A DNA stretch of 60,090 bases, taken from assembly GCA_023150835.1 (NCBI GenBank), contig JAKLKB010000066.1, positions 1 through 60,090 on the forward strand. The letters run 5' to 3'. Origin of the DNA: Myxococcota bacterium (lineage in GTDB: Bacteria; Myxococcota_C; UBA6777). Within the stretch, counting starts at the first letter, position 1. The number at the start of each line of letters is the position of its first letter. Under the pieces are notes generated by a model. That model made no database searches. It had not been told where the DNA came from and saw only the letters and a program-made list of their open reading frames with translations. The position numbers and the translations under genes are program-made. Positions 8,687 through 18,603 of the stretch are shown here, in pieces.

Positions 8687-9745
8687 TTACCAGCTTTCGA
8701 TGCGCTCTGCGACGACTTGGTTTCGCCCCGAGCGTTTGGCGTGATAAAGCCGTTCATCGGCTTCTTGCAAGAGTTCTTCGGGAGAATGAAAGGCTTGGGT
8801 GTAGAGGGTGACAGCTCCGATACTCAGGGTGATTTGGAGCACAGCCGTTTCGATCGGGATGCGGAGTTCTTCTACTTTCATGCGGATGCGTTCGGCAAGG
8901 ATGGCTGCTTGGGTGGGTAAGATCCCTCGTGCAACGACCGCAAATTCTTCGCCGCCATAGCGTGCGACGATATCTTCTTTGCGCAAGGCCATCTGGATGG
9001 TTTGCGCGACCATCCGGAGGGCTTGATCGCCTGCGGGGTGTCCGTGTGTGTCGTTGAGATGCTTGAAGTGATCGATATCCATCAACAGCAAAGACAGCGG
9101 AGTTTTGTGGCGCTGAGCAAAGCTAAATTCGGTTTGCAGGCGTTCGTCGAAGAACTTGCGGTTGTAGACTTGGGTCAAGCCGTCGAGTACGGCGCTTTCG
9201 TAAAGTCGCCGTTGGAAGAGTTCTTCGAGTTCGTCGTGGAGAGAAAACTTGAGGATCGTGCTGCGGCCGAGTTGGATGCGATCGTTGTCTTGGAGCAGGT
9301 AGCTTTTGACGCGGCGACCATTGACGAAGGTTCCGTTGGTGCTTCCGAGGTCTTCGAGCAAAAAAGTGTCTGTGTCGCGCTGTTCGATCCGCGCATGGAT
9401 CCGCGAGATATCGTTGTCGCGCAAAGATATCTCGCATTCGCTACTGCGGCCAAGATGAACACAACGCTGTTCCACACGAAACATCTGGCCCGTCAGATGG
9501 CCCGATATCACCAACAAACAGATGCGATCTTTTTTTTCTTCGAGTTGTTGGCGCAAGTCTTCGACACGAGCGATCACGGTGGCTTCTTCGGCGGGGCTAT
9601 CGTCTTGGTCGGCCAGATGTTGAGCGAGATGCGGGGGGACATGCAACTCGGGTAGAGGCATGGTCATCTTGCCGACGCGGCGTCGTTCTTCCGTCGACGA
9701 GGCGATTTGAGCGCGGTGTTTTTTGGGTTCGCTGGAGTATGTCAT
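8687..9745 (-). CDS. FHA-domain diguanylate cyclase (FHA-GGDEF)
   Basis: FHA motifs LGRS..C, ISRIHA, DLGSTNGTFVNG; GGDEF domain with DIDHFK, RxxD I-site (RKED) and RYGGEEF. Confidence 0.95.
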   Translation of the reverse strand: MTYSSEPKKHRAQIASSTEERRRVGKMTMPLPELHVPPHLAQHLADQDDSPAEEATVIARVEDLRQQLEEKKDRICLLVISGHLTGQMFRVEQRCVHLGRSSECEISLRDNDISRIHARIEQRDTDTFLLEDLGSTNGTFVNGRRVKSYLLQDNDRIQLGRSTILKFSLHDELEELFQRRLYESAVLDGLTQVYNRKFFDERLQTEFSFAQRHKTPLSLLLMDIDHFKHLNDTHGHPAGDQALRMVAQTIQMALRKEDIVARYGGEEFAVVARGILPTQAAILAERIRMKVEELRIPIETAVLQITLSIGAVTLYTQAFHSPEELLQEADERLYHAKRSGRNQVVAERIESW

Positions 9746-10051
9746 AACTTCTTCTTACACAACCGTATGGAAGGAGACGAATCCTTGGTGGAGATGACAC
9801 GCATCAGACTTGCAAGGTGTAGCGTTTCGTGCTAATGCGCCGCCGTGGCGCACGCCCAAGGGGTTATCCTATGCTTGTGTGCGCTTAAAAGCGAGACCCG
9901 CGCCTATCCCCAACCGCCCACAGCCCCACAGGGCCTTGTTTGTGGAGATCCACGCTCGCATAGAACGAAGCCTCTCGGCATGATAAAGTCTTTGCGCCAG
10001 ACACGCAATGCTTTCTCTCACGCCTCTTTACCTCTACAGGATAAAAACACC

Positions 10052-11005
10052 ATGCCAAAGATCCTTGTCACCGGTGCGCTCGGCCAGATCGGTTCTGAAC
10101 TGACCCGCGTTTTGCGCGAAACGTATGGCGATGCTCAAGTGATCGCTTCGGATATCCGCTTGCCTGATCTTGCGGCACATCCGCACAATGGCCCGTTTGA
10201 AACGCTTGATGTCATGGACGAACAACAAGTCCACCAGATCATCGAAAAACACCAACCCCAACAGATCTATCACCTCGCGGCGTTGTTGTCTGCGGTGGCT
10301 GAACGCGATCCGCTGCGCGCTTGGAACCTCAATATCAACGGCTCGCTGCACATCTTTGAAGCGGCGCGCAAACACCAAGTCGAGCGATTGTTTGTACCGA
10401 GTTCGATCGCAGCCTTTGGCCCGACCACGCCGCTAGATCACACGCCCCAAGACACCATCCAACGGCCCAATACGATGTACGGTATCACCAAAGTGACCAC
10501 CGAGTTGCTCGGAGAATACTACTACAAACGCTTTGGCTTGGACTGTCGTGGTTTGCGCTTGCCCGGGGTGATCAGCTACACCACTCCGCCCGGGGGAGGG
10601 ACGACTGATTACGCGGTGGAGATCTTCCACTATGCGGTGCGCAACCAACCTTATACTTGTTATCTTCGCCCCGATACATCGCTGGATATGATGTACATGG
10701 CAGATACTCTTCGCGCTTGTTTGGGGGTGATGGCAGCGGAGAGTCAACGCCTGATCCATCGCAACGCCTTCAACGTGACGGCCATGCAGTTTACTCCCGC
10801 GCAGCTCGTGGCTGCCATCCAAAAGCACATCCCCTCGTTTGTTTGCCATTATGAGATCGATCCGCTGCGGCAATCGATTGCCGATTCATGGCCCAACGGG
10901 ATGGATGACTCTGCGGCCCGCCAAGAATGGGGATGGCAACACGAGTATGATCTTTCCCGCACAGTCGAGATCATGATCAATGCTTTGCGAAAAGCACAAC
11001 ACTAG
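10052..11005 (+). CDS. NAD-dependent epimerase/dehydratase-family SDR, L-threonine 3-dehydrogenase-like
   Basis: ILVTGALGQIGSEL, HLAALLSA, PSSIAAFG, YGITK, PGGGTTDYAV, RQSIADSWP. Confidence 0.9.
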   Translation: MPKILVTGALGQIGSELTRVLRETYGDAQVIASDIRLPDLAAHPHNGPFETLDVMDEQQVHQIIEKHQPQQIYHLAALLSAVAERDPLRAWNLNINGSLHIFEAARKHQVERLFVPSSIAAFGPTTPLDHTPQDTIQRPNTMYGITKVTTELLGEYYYKRFGLDCRGLRLPGVISYTTPPGGGTTDYAVEIFHYAVRNQPYTCYLRPDTSLDMMYMADTLRACLGVMAAESQRLIHRNAFNVTAMQFTPAQLVAAIQKHIPSFVCHYEIDPLRQSIADSWPNGMDDSAARQEWGWQHEYDLSRTVEIMINALRKAQH

Positions 11006-11025
11006 GCTGTGATCGCGTAGGGCTT

Positions 11026-11140
11026 ATACGAGATCCGAGAGAAGTATGCACAAACGAGAACACGCGGATGCCCGATTCTTGGGCAGCCACAGGGGGCTGC
11101 CCCTACCTCTTTACGATCACGCAACGGGCGGATTTCGTAT
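11026..11140 (-). mobile_element. 115-bp MITE-like element (family A) with 12-bp terminal inverted repeats and an internal GTAG-REP hairpin
   Basis: ATACGAGATCCG...CGGATTTCGTAT ends; same length and core as 31027-31141. Confidence 0.7.
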
Positions 11141-11159
11141 GACGCATTTGGACGGATGT

Positions 11160-11284
11160 GGTGGGGTTTCACCCCGCGCCCCGCTTCCTTAGCGCGGCTC
11201 TATGGACCCCGTATTGGCGAAGCGATCGCAGGTTTTTCAAGACAACGACTCTCTCGCTTGGGCGTTCGCGAGCATGGCTTTTTT
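11160..11284 (+). repeat. Repeat family B copy
   Basis: GGTGGGGTTTCACCCCGCGCCCCGC...GCGCGGCTCTATGGACCCCGTATTGGCG...TTTTTCAAGACAAC...CGCTTGGGCGTTCGCGAGCATGGCTTTTTT. Confidence 0.8.
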
Positions 11285-11363
11285 GCCAATCGCATAACCC
11301 CTACCACGATCGAGAGAAAGAACGAAGCAAAAGAGAGCGGTTGTTGGGGGGATACGGGGCGGG

Positions 11364-12431
11364 CTAGGCGATCGTGATCTGATCGCAGAGATAGACGTCT
11401 TGGACGGCGTTCAATAGCGTAACGCCGTCTTTGACGGGGCGTTGAAAGGCTTTGCGTCCAAGGATCAAGCCCATGCCACCGCCGCGTTTGTTGATCACGG
11501 CGGTTTTGACGGCTTCTTCCAGATCGCTTTCGCCCGAAGATGCGCCGCCTGAGTTGATCAAGCCACAACGCCCCATGTAGCAGTTTGCGACTTGCCAGCG
11601 CACATAATCCACAGGGTTTTCTGCGACCAGTTCGCCGTAGACTTTTTTGTGGGTCTTGCCGTAGTTGGAAAGAGCCTTGTATCCGCCGTTATGGGTCGGG
11701 AGTTTTTGCTTGATGATATCGGCGTGAAGGGTGACGCCGAGGTGGTTGGCTTGGGAGGTGAGATCGGTCGCGGTGTGGTGATCGACGCCTTCGACTTTGA
11801 AGCTGTTGTTGCGCAGATAGCACCACAGGATCGTCGCCATGCCGCGCTGATGGGCGTGTTGAAAGGCTTTGCCCACTTCTTCGATCTCACGCGCACAATC
11901 GGGCGAACCGAAGTAGATCGTTGCACCGACAGCGGCTGCGCCCATATCCCATGCTTGGTCGATGTACGCAAACATCCGTTGTTCGTGCTTGTTGGGATAG
12001 CTGAGCAGTTCGTTGTGGTTGATCTTGACGACAAAAGGGATGCGGTGAGCGTATTTGCGCGCCATGATCCCGAGTACACCGCCCGTTGAGGCGACCGCGT
12101 TGCAACCGCCTTCGACGGCCAGTTCGATGATCTTTTCGGGATCAAAGTACATCGGCGCAGGCGCAAATGAAGCAGCACCCGAGTGCTCGATCCCTTGATC
12201 GACGGGCAAGATCGACATATAGCCCGTTCCTGCAAGCCGACCCGTTCCAAAGATCCGCTGAAGATTGTTGAGCACTTGCATCGGTCGATCGGAGTGCGTA
12301 AAGACGCGATGAACAAAGTCTTCTCCGGGAAGGGTCAACATCTCTTTGGGGATGCCTTTGCAGACATGACCCAACAACGAATCGGCATCGCCGCCCAAAT
12401 GCTTCTGGATATCGTCAAAACTCAAACCCAT
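11364..12431 (-). CDS. fbaB: Class I fructose-bisphosphate aldolase (FbaB/DhnA type)
   Basis: [64 protein letters not shown]. Confidence 0.95.
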   Translation of the reverse strand: MGLSFDDIQKHLGGDADSLLGHVCKGIPKEMLTLPGEDFVHRVFTHSDRPMQVLNNLQRIFGTGRLAGTGYMSILPVDQGIEHSGAASFAPAPMYFDPEKIIELAVEGGCNAVASTGGVLGIMARKYAHRIPFVVKINHNELLSYPNKHEQRMFAYIDQAWDMGAAAVGATIYFGSPDCAREIEEVGKAFQHAHQRGMATILWCYLRNNSFKVEGVDHHTATDLTSQANHLGVTLHADIIKQKLPTHNGGYKALSNYGKTHKKVYGELVAENPVDYVRWQVANCYMGRCGLINSGGASSGESDLEEAVKTAVINKRGGGMGLILGRKAFQRPVKDGVTLLNAVQDVYLCDQITIA

Positions 12432-12754
12432 GTTTCCGCTCCTCTTTGCTTGCCTTTGCGCATACGATGGTATGCACACATCCTACGCCTCGGTGGTTCG
12501 ACGCAGACCATGCCTTTTCTTCCGCGAACCCGCGATTTTTTTGACTTTTGAAAGCGCCTACTCTCTATATGTTTCAATGCTCGTCCGTACGGACGCTACG
12601 TTCTGGACATGGCATACCGAACACGCAAGGGCCGACCTGTTCCAATGCTCGTCCGCCCCCTCTATCTGGATTCCAACAAAAGGTCAAGGACTTTCCTGTG
12701 GCGCGTCGGCGCATCGCCGATCTCTGCCCCCAATGATACAAGGAAGCGCAGCGG

Positions 12755-14743
12755 ATGGACACAACAAGACGATTTCTTTTCATCGGCCTCTTTTTTCTCG
12801 GTGGGTGGGCCTCGCACGCGCAAGCCAATCTCACGGTTTGCGGTGTCGATCTGCGAGGAAACCCCCGTTGTCATCGCGAACTCAAACGGCTCGTCGCAGG
12901 TTGCAAAGAGCAGCCTGTGATCTGTGGTCGGTCGTACCAATACGGCCCGCTCCCCAACCTCGAAGAAGTGACGCAACGCTGCAATCTTTGGCATCGCAGC
13001 CATCGCCGAAAATGGGTGACGGGTATGTGTGGAATCCCCTTGTATTCGGCTCCACGCACCTTTTGCGGTCGTAAGGGAATGGAAGTTGCGATTAGCTGCA
13101 TCCGCAACGTTCGCGCCAAACAGCCCGAGATCCCGATGACTCGACACGATGCGCCCACTCCTACTCCTACTCTTACACCCACCCCTGCTCGCGCACCTTC
13201 ACAAATCACGCCTTCCCCGTCCTCCCATCCCAACGCACCCACCGTCGCTCCCCGTGATTCAGCTTCGGATGCTGCGCCTTCGACACACCAAGACACCCAC
13301 AACGCCCAAGAAGCCACCCCCCAAAATCCTCCGTCTTCCGCCTCCACCACACAACGCGATCCGCGCACAGGTTCCTTGGCGCAGATCTCTGCACCCTCCG
13401 CCCCTGCTTCCCAAGGGACGGGCGTTTGGCTGTGGGCCGTGTTGCTACAATTGTTGACGCTTTGCCTTGTGATCTTTTTGCTGCAACAGCGTCCTACGCC
13501 CGAAAGCGCCAAACAAGCCCGCCGATCTCTCCAAGACGACGAGGATGCTTGGGTAGACGGCAGCCACCAAGACGCCAAAGACGACCACAGCGTCGCGATA
13601 TCCGATCTTCTCCACGAAGTGCAGCGCCGTCTTGACCACTCCACCGAACAGATCGAACAGATCGTCTCTCAACAAGCCGCTGCCCCCGCACAAGTGCCGT
13701 TTGCTGCGCTCCAACGCGAAGCGGACGAGATGTTGCGTTATTACAGCGGCATTGCCCGCGTTGTCCTGCAAGATACCGCAAAAGCCCGTCCCGCCGTCTT
13801 CCAACAACGCTTGATCGAGGCCCGTGAACGCCTTCAATGGATCTTCCAAGGCCACCGCGAACACAATGTCCGTGCGCTCTCGCTCCACAACTTCCAAGAA
13901 GAAACCCTCGCCTTGATCGATGCTTTGCTCGAACGCATGGGCTATCTTGACCTGCCTTTGTTGATCCAACAACACCTCACCCAAGGCCAATTCAGCTTCC
14001 GTGAATATCTCCACCGTATCGAAGTCGATCAGGCCGAGTACATCCGACGCGCCCAATCTCCCCAAAGCTTCAAAGAAGTCCGCGAATCTTTCATGGCGCG
14101 CATCGAAAGCCTCTACCGCAACAACCTGCTCAGCCTCCAAAAACAGCCGATTCCACAACACACCATGCCCGAAGACGAACAAGCCGAACTCTACCAACAA
14201 CGCTACGTCCGCGCTTTTCTCTTGAAAGAGCTTCCCCGCCAGCTTCGCAGCCTTGCTCGTCAATCGAGTCCGGGTCGGATCGGTGCGCTCGTCGATATGC
14301 TTGTGCAATTCATCGAAGATCAAGTCCTTCAATCGGGCTTATCGATCACTTTCCCCGAAGATGCAGCACTCGAAGAAAGCATGATGGGCCGTATCGTTCG
14401 CCTCGAAAAAGCGCGCATCACCGAGGAAAGCAGCAGCGCCTCTGCCGATCTTTCTGCTGCGATGCAGCGGATGGATCAGGCTTTTGGTGCGCTTTCTCTC
14501 CAAGCGCCACCTTCTGATAGCGCATCCCACACCCTCGAACCCGGCGCGCTGCCTGAAGCACTCTCCCATCCTGTGATCGCCAACCCCGACAGCGATCCGC
14601 CCGAACTGGCGTGGGAAGCACCGCGTGGAACCTTCGGTAGCAGCGAGCTTGACGCGCTCCAAGCCAACGTCGGACATACACTCGGAACCCGCCCCAACGG
14701 CACCCATCCCACCACCAACAGCTACAACACGCTTTCAAAGTGA
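12755..14743 (+). CDS. Hypothetical single-pass membrane protein (Cys-containing extracellular domain, Pro/Ser linker, TM helix, helical cytoplasmic domain)
   Basis: 662-aa ORF with signal peptide, 7 Cys in the N-domain and hydrophobic segment VWLWAVLLQLLTLCLVIFLL. Confidence 0.7.
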   Translation: MDTTRRFLFIGLFFLGGWASHAQANLTVCGVDLRGNPRCHRELKRLVAGCKEQPVICGRSYQYGPLPNLEEVTQRCNLWHRSHRRKWVTGMCGIPLYSAPRTFCGRKGMEVAISCIRNVRAKQPEIPMTRHDAPTPTPTLTPTPARAPSQITPSPSSHPNAPTVAPRDSASDAAPSTHQDTHNAQEATPQNPPSSASTTQRDPRTGSLAQISAPSAPASQGTGVWLWAVLLQLLTLCLVIFLLQQRPTPESAKQARRSLQDDEDAWVDGSHQDAKDDHSVAISDLLHEVQRRLDHSTEQIEQIVSQQAAAPAQVPFAALQREADEMLRYYSGIARVVLQDTAKARPAVFQQRLIEARERLQWIFQGHREHNVRALSLHNFQEETLALIDALLERMGYLDLPLLIQQHLTQGQFSFREYLHRIEVDQAEYIRRAQSPQSFKEVRESFMARIESLYRNNLLSLQKQPIPQHTMPEDEQAELYQQRYVRAFLLKELPRQLRSLARQSSPGRIGALVDMLVQFIEDQVLQSGLSITFPEDAALEESMMGRIVRLEKARITEESSSASADLSAAMQRMDQAFGALSLQAPPSDSASHTLEPGALPEALSHPVIANPDSDPPELAWEAPRGTFGSSELDALQANVGHTLGTRPNGTHPTTNSYNTLSK

Positions 14744-14754
14744 ACCTCGCAAGA

Positions 14755-14865
14755 GGCTTTGGGTGTAGGCGCTTGCGTTGTGTGGGTGGGGTATGCTTCA
14801 CTTGTCCGTGGTTGCGGCACAAAAAACGAACGAGGGAGGCGCAGATGACATACCGTTGGTTGTGG
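14755..14865 (+). repeat. 111-bp direct repeat, left copy (upstream region, RBS and first codons of the hydrolase gene)
   Basis: 108/111 identical to 15769-15879, offset 1014 bp. Confidence 0.95.
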
Positions 14866-14894
14866 GTGCCGTTGAGAGGCACAAGGGAGGGGGG

Positions 14895-15173
14895 ATGGTG
14901 AAGAAAGACATCGCTCGATTTTTAAAAAACCATGTTTTGGGTGAGCGCGAAGCTGTTCTCGCGGATATCGAACGTTATCGGGGAAGGAGTTTGGAAGAAC
15001 TTGGACGGGAGTTGACTGTGGTGTGTCGCGTTGCTGCGGAAGTTTTGGAGGCATCGCCTGAAAAAGAGCGGATATTGGATTTTCGGGAGCCGGCTGATCA
15101 GAGCTACTTTCGTTTTCTCCGATCGATGAAAAGAAAGCAAAGGCATGAGGGGGGAGAGGATCTTGTCGCATGA
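14895..15173 (+). CDS. Small helical protein, putative partner/antitoxin of the downstream nucleotidyltransferase
   Basis: 92 aa, RBS GGAGG, overlaps the next gene. Function inferred from gene arrangement only. Confidence 0.6.
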   Translation: MVKKDIARFLKNHVLGEREAVLADIERYRGRSLEELGRELTVVCRVAAEVLEASPEKERILDFREPADQSYFRFLRSMKRKQRHEGGEDLVA

Positions 15174-15729
15174 GGGGCCGGATAAAGCGGCTGTAGAACT
15201 GGTTGAGGCATTGGAAGGTGCAGGGATCTCTTGCGCGATCGGTGGTGCGTTGGCGTTGGGCTTTTGGGCGGGGCCCCGAGGCACGATCGATGTTGATTTG
15301 AACGTTTTTGTCGAAGAGGCAGAATACGAAAGGTTATTGGATATCCTTTTGGAGGCCGGTTGCTCTTTTCATCGGGAAAAGTGCCTTCAAGATGCCGAAC
15401 AGGGCAACGCGATGATCCTTCAAAAGGATGGCTGGCCTATCGATTTGTTTGTCCCCTCCATCCCTTTTTATTCGGAAGCGCAACGCACCGTTCGGCGGGT
15501 GCGTTTGAGAGAGAAAGATGTGCCTGTCTTGGGACCCGAGGCTCTTTGCGTCTTCAAGCTGCTGTTTTTTCGCAGGAAGGATATCGTGGATCTCGAACGG
15601 CTGGTCGCGTTGCAGGGGCACAAGCTGGATCGCGCCTATATTCGGGGCTGGATTGTGGATATGCTCGGCGAAGAAGATCCTCGAGTAGGAGAATGGGATC
15701 GTATCCTTCGGGTACATGGGCCGCTGTGA
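15145..15729 (+). CDS. Pol-beta-superfamily nucleotidyltransferase (DUF6036/AbiEii-like)
   Basis: AIGGALAL...PRGTIDVD (GG + DxD), IDLF, FKLLFFRRKDIVDL (K..R.KD..D). Start may be TTG 15163. Confidence 0.8.
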   Translation: MRGERILSHEGPDKAAVELVEALEGAGISCAIGGALALGFWAGPRGTIDVDLNVFVEEAEYERLLDILLEAGCSFHREKCLQDAEQGNAMILQKDGWPIDLFVPSIPFYSEAQRTVRRVRLREKDVPVLGPEALCVFKLLFFRRKDIVDLERLVALQGHKLDRAYIRGWIVDMLGEEDPRVGEWDRILRVHGPL

Positions 15730-15768
15730 TTGATCGGGCGCAAACAACCGTCAAAGGTTTTTTGTGGG

Positions 15769-15879
15769 GGCTTTGGGTGTAGGCGCTTGCGTTGTGTGGG
15801 TGGGGTATGCTTCACTTGTCCGTGGTTGCGGCACAAAGAACGAACGAGGGAGGCGCAGATGACGAACCGTTGGTTGTGG
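15769..15879 (+). repeat. 111-bp direct repeat, right copy
   Basis: Contains the GGGAGG RBS and ATG 15859 of the hydrolase. Confidence 0.95.
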
Positions 15880-16956
15880 ACGTTGGGTTGGAGTGTGTGG
15901 GTGTGGAGTGGACTGGCTTACGCGGGGGAGGTGGCGTTTGTCCACAAGAGTTCGGATGGGTTTTCTTTGGCAGGGAAACTGGCCTATCCTACAGGGATAA
16001 CGGATGCCAATGCTGCGCGTGTGGTGATCTTGATACACGGATCGGGTCCGCAAGGGATGGACTCCGATCTTTCTGCTGCGAGCGCTGGCAAACCCAACTG
16101 TTTTTTCTGTGATATCCGCGATGGTTTGGTCAAAAAGCAATTTGTGGTGCTCCGCTACAACAAGCGCTCTTTCGAGATCAACCAACTCGCGGCCAAAGAC
16201 AAAAACTATGTCAAAGGCCCAGCATTCAAGGCGTTTATGGAAAACCCACTCAAGTACTTTGTGGACGACGCACGCGGCTTGGTGCAGTGGGCGCAAAACA
16301 AGATGCCCAAAGCCAAGATCTACCTCGCAGGGTTTTCGCAAGGAACCTACATCGCCTTGCAAGTCGCTGAGCAAGAAAAAGCCGTCGCAGGTGTCGCTTT
16401 GACGGGCTTTTATGCTTCGACGCTTGAAACCATCTCGCATGAACAGATCATCCATCGCCCGTTGCATTGGTTCCGCAGCGTCGACAAAAATAACGACGGT
16501 TTGCTCGATCCCAGCGAACTTATGCAAGCGGGGGCCGTCGGCTTGAGTCTGGCCGCACAAGGGCCTGCCTTGGATGCCGATGGTGACGGCAAGATCAGCT
16601 TCATGGAGATCCAAGGCGGAAACTACATCAATATGCTCAAGTTTCAACGGATGCTGCGCGCCAATACCCTTCAAGAACTCCGCTATCCTCGCGTGGATCA
16701 GATCCTTGAACGACTCAAGATCCCCGTGATCTTTTTCCAAGGGATGTGGGACAACCAGACGCTTGCTTATCATGCCCTATCTATCCGCATCTTGGCCCAA
16801 TACATCTGGAAGAAAAACAACTTCCGCTTCTTCTTTTTCCCCAAACTAGGGCATATCCTCGACAAGCGCGACCGTTTCGATGATCTGGTCTACCGCCGTA
16901 TCGAGGCTTCTGCTTTGGAAAAGCTCGGCAGCGAGATGGCCGCTCTGTTCAAGTGA
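15859..16956 (+). CDS. Secreted alpha/beta hydrolase with an EF-hand pair
   Basis: Signal peptide; LIHGSGP; nucleophile GFSQG; QGMWD; LGH; loops DKNNDGLLDPSE and DADGDGKISFME. Confidence 0.85.
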   Translation: MTNRWLWTLGWSVWVWSGLAYAGEVAFVHKSSDGFSLAGKLAYPTGITDANAARVVILIHGSGPQGMDSDLSAASAGKPNCFFCDIRDGLVKKQFVVLRYNKRSFEINQLAAKDKNYVKGPAFKAFMENPLKYFVDDARGLVQWAQNKMPKAKIYLAGFSQGTYIALQVAEQEKAVAGVALTGFYASTLETISHEQIIHRPLHWFRSVDKNNDGLLDPSELMQAGAVGLSLAAQGPALDADGDGKISFMEIQGGNYINMLKFQRMLRANTLQELRYPRVDQILERLKIPVIFFQGMWDNQTLAYHALSIRILAQYIWKKNNFRFFFFPKLGHILDKRDRFDDLVYRRIEASALEKLGSEMAALFK

Positions 16957-17033
16957 GTCCCTTGCGGATAAAGCAGGATAGAAAACAAGACTGCCGAGAA
17001 ATCAGGGTTTTTCGTCAACTGCGAGAGAAGAGT

Positions 17034-18425
17034 ATGTCGTGGTATCAGATGCGGATCGTGTGGATGAGTGTGTGGTGTTTGTGTTGGGGATGGCTGCAAG
17101 AAGCCCGATCAGCGGGATTTTATTTGCCGGGACGTGGTGTTTCTGCGATGGCGCGGGGAGGAACAGGGATCGCAGGTGCAGATTCGTTGCAGGCCATGTG
17201 GTACAACCCGGCCAATCTTGCGGCGTTTCAAGGCCCGCATCTGCTTGTGGATGCGGGAGTGATCTTTTCGGGCAGCAGTTTTCAACGCTCGGATCGCAAA
17301 AAGCCCGATGGAACGGTCGAAACCTTTTCGCTTGTGGAAAATCAAGCCCCACCGCTTCCTGATCCTTCGTTGCTGTTTGCGTATGGTTGGAAAGATCCGA
17401 ATATCACGGTGGGATTGGGCGTGTATGCGCCCTATGCGATGTCGCTCAAGTTTCCCGATACAGGGGCGCATCGGTATGGCATCATCGACATGAGCGGGAG
17501 CTTGTTTATCGTGTCCCAAGCCTCGATCGCGTGGTCGCCGCATCCGCGTTTTCGGGTGGGATTGAGCATTCAAAATGTCACGGTGACCGTTCGTTTGATG
17601 ACCGCTGCATCGGCTTATTTGGGCATCTTTGGCGAACCCGAAGCCCCCGATCTCGATCTTTATACCGAAGCTCGCTTGAACAGCTATTTCAATCTTTCGG
17701 GAAACCTCGGTGTGTGGGGGCGTGCGGTCGATACGGCTGGATTCAAGCTGGATGTTGCCGCCAGTATGCAAGCCCCTGTGCGCGTCCAAGGCGAAGGCAC
17801 CATGCGCGTCCGTCTCCCCACACATCCGCTGTTTGATCCCACAAAGGTCGAAGGCGACCAAGTCTCCGCTGGCTTTTGGTTGCCGTTTATCATCCGTGCG
17901 GCCGTTCGAGCGACGTTTTGGGGGGATCGCGCAGATATCGAAGCCGCCTTTGTCTACGAAACGTGGTCGATGCACGACACCATCAACTTTTCTCCCGCAG
18001 GATCAGGCATCACCTTGCGCAATGTCCCGACTATCGGCGATTATGTCGTCCCACCGATCAAGATCCCCCGAAACTGGCAAGATGCCTTCTCTGTTCGTGT
18101 TGGCGGACGCATCGAAGTCGTCAAAGGTTGGTTTCAGATCCTATACGGCTATATCTTCGAAACATCCGCTGTCCCCGACAAGATGTTTTCCGTCTTGATC
18201 ATGGACAGCAACAAACACGTCTTTTGCCTTGGTGCGAGTTTGACGCTTGCCAAGATGCGCTTTGACCTTGGCTACGGGCTTTATTGGATGCCCGAACGCA
18301 CCATCACCAACAGCCAATACAAACAGATCAATCCCCTCAACCCCGAAGGAGCTTCGATCATTGGAAACGGCGTTTACAACGCGACGGTGCATGTGTTGGG
18401 GCTAAGTTGGCAAGGGCAGTTTTAG
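17034..18425 (+). CDS. FadL/OmpP1-family outer-membrane transporter (start uncertain)
   Basis: AGFYLPGRGVSAMARGG...WYNPA.L, GLGVYAPY, W.D...VRVG, C-terminal Phe (WQGQF). Confidence 0.88.
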   Translation: MSWYQMRIVWMSVWCLCWGWLQEARSAGFYLPGRGVSAMARGGTGIAGADSLQAMWYNPANLAAFQGPHLLVDAGVIFSGSSFQRSDRKKPDGTVETFSLVENQAPPLPDPSLLFAYGWKDPNITVGLGVYAPYAMSLKFPDTGAHRYGIIDMSGSLFIVSQASIAWSPHPRFRVGLSIQNVTVTVRLMTAASAYLGIFGEPEAPDLDLYTEARLNSYFNLSGNLGVWGRAVDTAGFKLDVAASMQAPVRVQGEGTMRVRLPTHPLFDPTKVEGDQVSAGFWLPFIIRAAVRATFWGDRADIEAAFVYETWSMHDTINFSPAGSGITLRNVPTIGDYVVPPIKIPRNWQDAFSVRVGGRIEVVKGWFQILYGYIFETSAVPDKMFSVLIMDSNKHVFCLGASLTLAKMRFDLGYGLYWMPERTITNSQYKQINPLNPEGASIIGNGVYNATVHVLGLSWQGQF

Positions 18426-18603
18426 CTTGATGCGTTCTGCTGTGATCGCTCTGCTTTCGGGTAGCCGCTGAGGCAGCCTTACTTCGGCCACACAACGGGC
18501 GGATTTTGTGTCCATTTGAAGCGTCGGATGGGGGCGTGCGCTGCGTGGTTGGTCAGAGTATGGATGCGTTTGTTGTTTTGTTGGAAAGCACGGGGCGTTG
18601 GGG

